From NCBI GenBank assembly GCA_963613725.1, contig CAVEAP010000002.1, positions 1 through 30,641 of the forward strand: a DNA stretch of 30,641 bases, read 5' to 3'. This DNA comes from [Ruminococcus] torques (lineage in GTDB: Bacteria; Bacillota; Clostridia; Christensenellales; UBA1242). A model generated the notes under the pieces. The model was given only the letters and a program-made list of their open reading frames with translations, ran no database searches and was not told where the DNA came from. The position numbers were made by a program, and so were the translations under genes. Shown piece after piece: positions 20,601 to 29,600 of the stretch. Positions within the stretch are counted from its first letter, which is position 1. The number at the start of each line of letters is the position of its first letter.

Positions 20601-23600
20601 AATGCTCGATTTTGTAGTTCATAATTCCCATGTCTTCGGTAAGTTTTACGCTTGCTTTTCCAAAGTCAAGGTCCAAAAATGCCGATTCGGTAATTCCGTT
20701 TGCATTAAGATTGTTTAGAGATTGAAAATCATTTTGCTTGTTTGGTCCAACAAAAGGTGTGTGGGCTTGATTGTTCTTTGGAAGATGCGACACAGAATAG
20801 GACCTTGTGATTGTTCCTGAACTGTCGTTTTTGCAAACAAATCCGCCCGACACCGCCTCGCTTGAAACCGCAAGTTCTTCGCTGACATTTTCGGTCATGT
20901 CAACCGCACTGAAGCAATCTGAAATGTCGCCATCATTAAGCACAACAAATCCACCTGCATTAACATTTGATTTTAAGGTTTGTGTTACTTTTGTGGTTTG
21001 TGTTCCACCAAATTCAACAACATAGCCTGTTCCAACATGGCTTGTCATGATTGTGCCTTCGTTGATTCCAACAAATCCACCAGTCATGGCAATTGAAATC
21101 AAAATTGAGTTGTTTTGAACAATTCCCCAATCAACAAAACTTGAAGCAATGTGTCCGTTGTTTTGTCCAACAAATCCGCCCAAAACGGCGCTTCCAAAAT
21201 TGTTGCTCAAAGCCGTGCCTGTTGCAACAAGGTTCAAGTTTTGAATTCGGCTGTTTGAAATTTGTCCAACATTGTTAAGACTGTCAGCCAAAGAACCCTC
21301 AAGGTTTTGCCCAACAAGACCTCCAACATAAGTGGACGAGTTAAGACTGCTTGAAGTTTTTACATTAACAACACCATTTGTGGTTGTGTTTTGCCCCTCT
21401 TTTTCAAAATTCTTAACTTCACAGTTGTAGATTGAACCAAGGTTTGTTCCCGCAAGAACACCAAAGTTTGCATATTGAAATGCCGAAAGGTCTGCCGTGA
21501 CTGTTTTGCAAACCAAAGTAAGGTTTTTCACAACACTTCCTGCATAAATCTTTTTGAAAAGTCCAAAGTTTGCTGGGTTTGTTTCACTGCCCTCGTTTGA
21601 AGAAACCGCAGTTGTGTTAAAGTTTTCGCTGAGTGTGATTGTGTGCCCATTTCCGTCAAAACTTGCAAAAGCAACATCAAGTGGAGTGTAGGTTGGATAT
21701 TTTGTGATGTCAGAAAAATCAAGGTCTGCCATAAGGCGATAGTGTTTTCCTTCCTCAAGGTCGTTTAAAAATCCTGTTTCATCATAAATTGGAATTGGGC
21801 TGTCAACAGAAGTTTGTTGAGAGAAAGTTAAGTTAAACGAAATTGATGGAACAGAAAATGTGTTTGATGCTTCTGGTATTGTAACAGAATTGCCATCAAT
21901 GTAACCCTCTTGGAGGTTTGCTTTAAGCTGAAAGAAAGTTGTGTTTTGCAAAGTAAATTGCCCTTTTTCATAAACAAATTGAACACCATCAAGGCAAAGG
22001 CTTAGGCTTTCTGTTCCTGTTGTGCGATTTGTTGGGTGAATGTAGTAACCACGCTCGGTTGATGTTTGTGAACTTTCAAACAAAAGTGCATACATGGAAT
22101 AAAAGTTGTCAACAATTGAGGCGTTGTTGGTTTCGCTGTTTTCTTTCAAATCACTCAAAGAAGTTTTTACGCCAAACACAATGCCATCATTAGATGTTTT
22201 TTCGGCTTGGAAAAATGAATTTTCTGTTGAATCTTTTTGAATGAACCACATTTGTTTTGCATAAAACACATTCTTTTCACTATTCAATTTTGTTGAAACA
22301 AAGTTTTGAAGGGAGAAGTTAGCATCAGTTGTTGGGCTAAGGTTCAAAATGTTCACAAATTCATCAATTTTTCTTCCAACAAAGTCAAGGTTTCCAATAA
22401 CTTTTGTTTTGTCAATGCCAACTTCAATTTTGTAGAAAGCATTTTTAAAGTATGGTAAATCAATGGAATTTGGCGTTGCATCATCACTTAGGGTGGTGTC
22501 AGTGCCATATTTCACATAAAATGCCCCGTTTTGCAAAACAAAATCTACCAAAACAACATTTATGCTTCGGTGAATTGTTAGTTTGATGTTGTTTTCATCA
22601 TACTTAAATCCGCTTACTGTTAGGGTGATTGTGTAGCCCAAGTAGTTTTCAAAAAAGTTTTCAGCATCTGCGCTGTCGTTTGAGAACCCTTGAACATTCA
22701 AATAGTATTCATCAAGTCCACTGCCAGATGATTTTGGTTCAAGTTTCACTTTTTCCAAAAATTTTGCACTTGCCTCGTTTGAAAGTTTTTTGCCATTTGC
22801 ATCCAAAACACTGTCAATTTTTGCACTGCTAACATTTTGGAAAACTCCTGTTTTCTTTAGTGAGAACACATTTTGAGTGTTTTGCCAATTCACAAGGCTT
22901 GGATTTGCTTCAAGTTCGGCACTGGTTGGTTGCGCTTTTGCTCCGCCAGTTCCAATTGCAACATAGGCAGTTGGCACAACCGAATTTTTGTCGGAGGTCA
23001 TGATGGTGTCATAACTCCATTGAAGGTTAAAGTTGCTGACAACGGAAATTTCAAGACTGTTTTCACGAACAAGTTTGTCACGGAAATAAACCGCAACATG
23101 AATTGTAAATTTTTTTGCCGAAACGGTGGTTGAGGCAATAAGTGTTTGGAAATAAAGATTGCCATCAAACCAAACTTTGTCAAAACTGTTGGTTTTGTCG
23201 TTGTAGATGCAGTTTGAAACACGAGAAGCCACAATTCCGTTTGTGATTGGTGTAACTCCGCTTTCATAGAGATAGTAGTTTGTTACATTTTGCCCTTTTT
23301 CCTCAACATAAGAAGCCACTCGTTGTTGAAATGAAATTATGTCATTATTTTGAACATCAGAAGTGATTTCAACACGGTCAAACATTGCATAGTCTGGAGA
23401 AAGTGAAACCCTTAAAAGTCCATATTCTCCCGCAATAATTTTGTTGGTTGGATTAGAACCTGCATTTCTTAAAATTCCACCAACATTGGTGCCTTCGTTT
23501 GCTGTAAGTTCGGCATCGGCAAAATGTGCAAGTTCTGGGTCATCTGTGAGTGATTGTGGCTCAACATCAAACCAAATTGTTTTTGTGATTGTTTTAATGC

Positions 23601-26600
23601 CTTCTGCAAAAGCATAGTTTTTTACAACCATTTTAAACTTTTGATTTTCGGTTAACTCATAACGATAACTTTGTGAAATTTGGAAAGTGAATGTTTGAAA
23701 AATGCTGTCAACATCAACACTAATCTCACTCATATTGAAGTCATATTTACTTTCAAAACCATCACCCCACGAGATTTTTGTTTTAAATGTTTGATTTTCG
23801 CCCTCAACAGAAATGTATTCTTTTGTTAAAACCTGTTTCCACTCACTCGAACCATCTTCCATCACAAAAAGTGCAAGTTCCACTCCTGTTTGTTTGTCAA
23901 GGTCAGAATCGCTTTCAAGTGTTACATCAAAAACAATTTGTTGTGAAGATTCAATTGTGTCTGGTGCATCTTCTTCTCCACTTCCGCCTTCAATTTTCAA
24001 GTTTTTCACACCTGCATAAACACTTATGTTGTAATTTTGTGCCAAATCAAAATCTAAAACAATTTTGTTTTGATAGTCTGAAAGAACGGTGTTTCCTTGT
24101 GTTTGTGCAAAAATGCCTTTTAAAAATGGAACTGCCATAACTGAAATTTCACCATTTGTAAGATTAAAAGTTGAAACTTCAACATTGCTGGTGTTTTCGG
24201 CATAAAAAACTGCATTGTAAACAAATTGTCCATTTTCTTCAAAAACCCTTGCAAACCAGTAGTCGTTCACATAAAGGTCCAAATGGTCAAAACCAGATTC
24301 TGTTTCAACGTAATTTACTTTTCCACTGGTTCCAAAAATTTCAAGGAACTTTGTTTTTAGGTTTTCAAAAGTTTTGTCCTTAACAGACAAAATTTGTTCC
24401 ATAATTTCAGCACGAGAAAAAATTTGCTCACCAATTTGAATGTTTTTAAAAATGTCTTCACCAATTTTGGCAAATTTTTCATTTACTGCAAAAGCAACTC
24501 CACCGCCAAGATTTCCTGAAGCCGAAAAACCTGTGCTTTCACTGTCTTTTTTGCCATAAAAATGTATATACCAATTTTCGGTGGTGTCTTTTAAGATTGA
24601 CCTTGATGTGCCATTTTTCATTGAATAATCTGCCTGAATTCCATTTTTGGAGGTTTCGGCATCTTCTTTGTCCTTTTCTTCTTGGCTGGAATAAACTTTG
24701 AAAACATCAAAACCTTCAACAACACAAATTTTAAGAACAGCAAAAACAGCACTGTTTTGTCGGCAAGTAACAACAATTGTTTCGGTTCCGTTGCCCTTGA
24801 TTGTGAAACTTAGGTTTTCAAGGTCTGGGTGCAAAATGTTCACAATGCTTCCGTTTGAAAGCACAATTGAAATTGGAATGCTTTCAAGTTTGCCCGAAAG
24901 CGATTGTGGTTCAACAAAAATGCTGACAACATCGGTAAGATTTGTTTCACCTGCAAAAAGTGTTTTGTTAACAATAATTTCGTTTTCCGACACTTTCACA
25001 ATTCCATTTGGCAAAGCATCAAGAACATCAAAGCCCAAATTGGTTGGAATGGTTGGATAGAGTGTTGTGCCATTTTCATCGCACAAAAGAGGGTATTGTT
25101 TGCCCGTTGTGGTGTTTGGCATCACCCATTTGCCATTTTTGTTTTCTTCGTCATAGAATGTAAACCCCCCAAAATTAGATTTGTCTTGCATTTGTGCATC
25201 AGTTAGTGTGGTGGCACCACTGGTGCTTAAAGTTCCATAAAGAACATAGTTGTTTTTATTAACATTCATTGTGCTGTTACCAACCATCTTAAGTGGTTCT
25301 TCGGTTTTCAAAACCGAATAGGAATACTCAATTGAACCCTTGCTGCCTTCAGCAACAAAAAGGCTTGCTTGTTCGCTGTTCCCCTTAATTTGTCCTCGCA
25401 CAAAGCAGTTGCTAATAATTGTTTTATCATCACTTTTTCCAACAAGTCCGCCAACTTTTGTTCCAGCAAGGCTTGCAATCACAAAACTGCTTGAAATGGT
25501 GATTTCCTTTCCCTTTCCAACAAGTCCACCAACACAAATCCCATCAATTTCAGTGATTTCAAAACTGTTTGAAAGTTCAACATAACTGATAACATAACTG
25601 TATGTGATGGTCAACACACTGTTTGACCATGCCATTCCAACAAGCCCACCAACATTGCCCTTATTAGATTTTAGTGCAGAACCTTTTTCAAAAATTTGAT
25701 AAATGCAGTGTGAAAGGCTAACAGTTCCCATTGCTCCACCAACAATTCCGCCAACATTTTGTGCATCACAAAGTTTTACCGCACTCACACAATTTGAAAG
25801 GTTTGCACTTGTTCTTCCAACAATTCCACCAAGATAATTAAGATTCAATGAAGAATCTACATCAATTTTTCCTGCACATTCAATGTTTGAAAGAGTTCCA
25901 GAGCTGTTTCCAACAACCCCACCAAAATTTGAGTCATTTTGCACCGAGTCTTGTTCAACACTAACATTAAGGCTTGAAACTTTGATGTTTTGTGTTTTTT
26001 TGTTGTTCTGACCAATTGCTGAACCAAAATTCACACAAACAGGATTTTTTGACACCTTAAAGCAAGCACTGCTCATCAAAACTTCCAATCCACCAAATTC
26101 ACTAAAACTTTCACCACACTCATTAAGTCCAATAACACCAAAGTTTACGGTAGAATTTTGTGAGCCACCTTTTTCAAAACAAGCCGAAAAAGTTGCACTT
26201 ACGCTGATGTTTTGGAAACTTGAAAACGCATAAACTTTTTGTCCTTGCCCGTTGTTGTAAAGAGCTTCTGCTGTGGTTTTGTCGCTAATCAAAACAAATT
26301 TGTCAGTATCAGTGCCTTCATTTTTGTATCTTCCAACATAGCCATCCACAGTTGTTGGTGTGCATTCGGCATTCTCCGCAAGGTGTCCAATCAAAAGTCC
26401 AACATTTGCTTCTTTAGAAGACACAACAAAGGGATTGTCCACTGTTCCAAAAACGCTTTGGTCAAAACTAAATGCCAAATTTGAAAGTTTTCCCGCAAAC
26501 TCTCCAAAAAATCCAAAAGAGTTTTCGTTTTGTTGAAGTTTTGCATTTTCAAAACTGATTCCATAGATTGTGTAGGTTTGTGTTAACGAAACAATCTTGT

Positions 26601-29600
26601 TTTTCATGTCAAATTGTGTGCCATTAACTGTTAATTGTGTGCCAGTGTATTTGAAAGTGTTGCCATAAATCTCAAATTCATTTTCACTTGAATTGTTTTG
26701 AGAAATTTTTGCAACACGCTTGTTTAGTTTGTCGGAATCAAACACTTGGTCATCACAAATGTAGTAGGTTTTTGAATTCCACTCAAATTCAAGTGTGGTT
26801 TTAAGTTCTGGCATTGAAGTTAAACTTCCTGTGAAGGCGGTGTTACGATTTCCAATTGGCGACCACCCATCGCAAAAACCTGTCATGTCAATGTCGTTCA
26901 TGACGTAGTAGTTTTTGTCCCACAAAGTTGTGTTGTTTGCAATGTTTGCAATGTTTTCGCCATCATAAAGCCTGAAATAAGTTTTGTAGCCATCAGCAAC
27001 CGTAACATGAACAGTTTTCCAACTTAGCGTTTGTGAACCACTCAAAACATCTTGAAGGTCAGAAACGCTTTGTATGTCGCTTTCAAACTTAACAAGACTG
27101 TCTTGTGGCAAAATGTAAACAACAGTTCGCCCAGCCGAAATTGGGGTCACAAAATATTGCCCTGTTGCATAGTCAAACCCAAGCCAAACACTTGAGGATG
27201 AATATTGTTTTACATGTCCTGTTGGTTCCCAATTTTCATTGGCATCAAACAAAATGTAGGAAAGGTTTGAATTGGTTGGAATTTGTGAACCAACATTGCC
27301 CGCTTTTGCATCAATATATTGAACAATTTTGTTTTCAATGTCATCATTGGTGCCATTTTGATTGTTTTTGCTTGCAAGTCTGTCTTCATCTTTTGGTGCA
27401 TGTGCAAGCCCTGTGGTTGTTTCAAAGTAAATTCCCTCGGTTTCATCATAGTTGTTTAGGTTAACACTTCCAACAAGGTTAGATTGTGTTACCAAAATTT
27501 TAAATGTTACTGAATAAGAAATTCCATTGGCATCTTCAATTTTTGCAACAACACTGAAAGTGGCACTGGTTGAAGCGGGTTGTGAAGCACTGACAGTTAC
27601 ATAACTTCCATAAAAACTTGAATCAACCTGACCTTTGCCATCGGTGGCACTGTTTGTGATTTCAATTTCAAGTCCCATCTCATGTGAGCCCAAAGATTTT
27701 TTTGAATCTGTCAAAATATACCATTCAACATCTTTCGCTTGCACTGTGGAATCATTTGGGTTAAGGTTAATCGAAAGTTTTTGAGTTGATTGGTTTTTTC
27801 TGTAAACAAACTTTGAACTGTCGGTTCCAGAAGTGGTTTCTTTGCTGTAATAAAGCGTTAATTCTTCTTCTTGCAAAAAGCCATCTCCAATTCCAAATTT
27901 TGAAATTGCAACATAAACAGTTAGCTCAAAGAAAACTTTTTGAGTTTCGGTTTTAAACTCTTTTTTGTCCTCATCAAAAACAGAATATTCAAAACTTACG
28001 CAAACAATTTCTGTTCCGTTTGCTTTTGTTCTCAAAATTATTGTGCGGTCCAAAACATTTGCATCAAAATCGGCAAACTCTGGAGAATCTTCTGTTTCAG
28101 TGTAGTCATTTGTGTCTTTGTTGTAGGTTGCTTTTGTGATTGTTACGTTTGAAAGTCCTGCATCCTCCGGATAAATGTTCACATCAAAAATTGCTTGGTC
28201 GCCCTTTTTGATTTTCATCCAACTAAGGCTTTCTCCTTTGGCTTCTTGTTCTCGGTCGCCATGCAAAACATTTGCACTTGTGTTGTTGTTAACTGTTAAA
28301 GTTGCTTTTTCCATTATCATAAAAGTTTTTACATCAAAAGAAAAACTTACGCCGTTGATGGAAATTATGGTAACAACCGCTTCACCACTTCCATTTTGCA
28401 TGGTTCCCTCTGGGGTGATGTTAAATTCAACAGTTTTGTCGGTATTTCCATACATAGTTCCTGTTGACACAATTTTTGCATTGCTTGAAGTTGCAGTCAA
28501 ATAGCTTGCAAGTTCTTTGGAATCAATCAAATCGGTTGACTCAAAAGGTGTTACCTTAAGTTTTATGGTTTTTGACTGTTTTATCATTTCGCCACCAGCA
28601 TTTGAAATTGTTAATGGAACATAGCCGTCATATTGAAAAACACTGGTGTCAAGTTCAATGTTTGTGATTCCCGAACTTAACTTAACCAAAACTTCACGCT
28701 CAACGCTTTGGCTTTGTGCTGAATTTTTTGCCCGCACAACAAGTGGCAAGTAGCCAAGTTTGTCGCCCTCAAACGAAAGCACAAGTTTGGTGCCACTTTC
28801 AAACTCCAATGTTTGCCAAGTGTTTTCATCAATCAACTTGTAGGATTTTTTGCTTGTGGTGTCATAGATGCTAAGTTGTTCGGCAAGAGCGCCAACATTT
28901 GGATATTTTTCTTGTTTTGTCATGTCAAAAGCAAGTTCAAATGTTCCATAGCCCTCTGAAAAGTCCAAAAGCTCAACAAAAAAGTTGGCACCATCAATGC
29001 CTTCGGCATATTCACTGAACACAACAAGGTTGTAAGGGGTTTTGTCATAAATTGGAGTTGTTCCTGGTGTGATTGTTTTTGAACTTATCAAAGAAGCCCA
29101 GTTGTCTTTGGTAATCAAAGCATAAGAATAGTAACTGCTGTTTCCCTCTCGATAGTAATGCCCATAATATGATTCGGGTGCGGAACTAGCTGGCTTGCTT
29201 TCGGTGTATTCTTGAGAAACTTGGTTAAGCCAAATTTCTTTTGCATATTTTAAGATTTTTACGTTTAAAGTTTTGGTTACAACAGGAGAATTTAAAATTC
29301 CATCATATGCCATTTCAATTTTAACAGTTGTTTCGCCAGATTCAAGCCCAACAAGTTCAAATTTGTTTGCATCTTCTGAATCACGCTTTTCAAGTTTTTT
29401 GTTGTCATAAACAAATTCAAAGTTCAAAAGCGTAAGGTCAAAATCACTGTCAATTTCAAGGCTTGCTTTGTTGTCTGATTCGGTGTGATTGTTCACAAGG
29501 GTTAGTTTTGTGATTCCACGAACATAAATTTGTGTTTCTCCAACTTCAATTCCCATGTTTTTAAGATTATCTTCTGTTACTAAAACATAGGAATTTCCTT

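Noticed and set aside
27670..27684. HEMGL in the giant protein as a zinc-metalloprotease site
   Set aside because: It lacks the second His of HEXXH and lies in a beta-rich Ig-like context.
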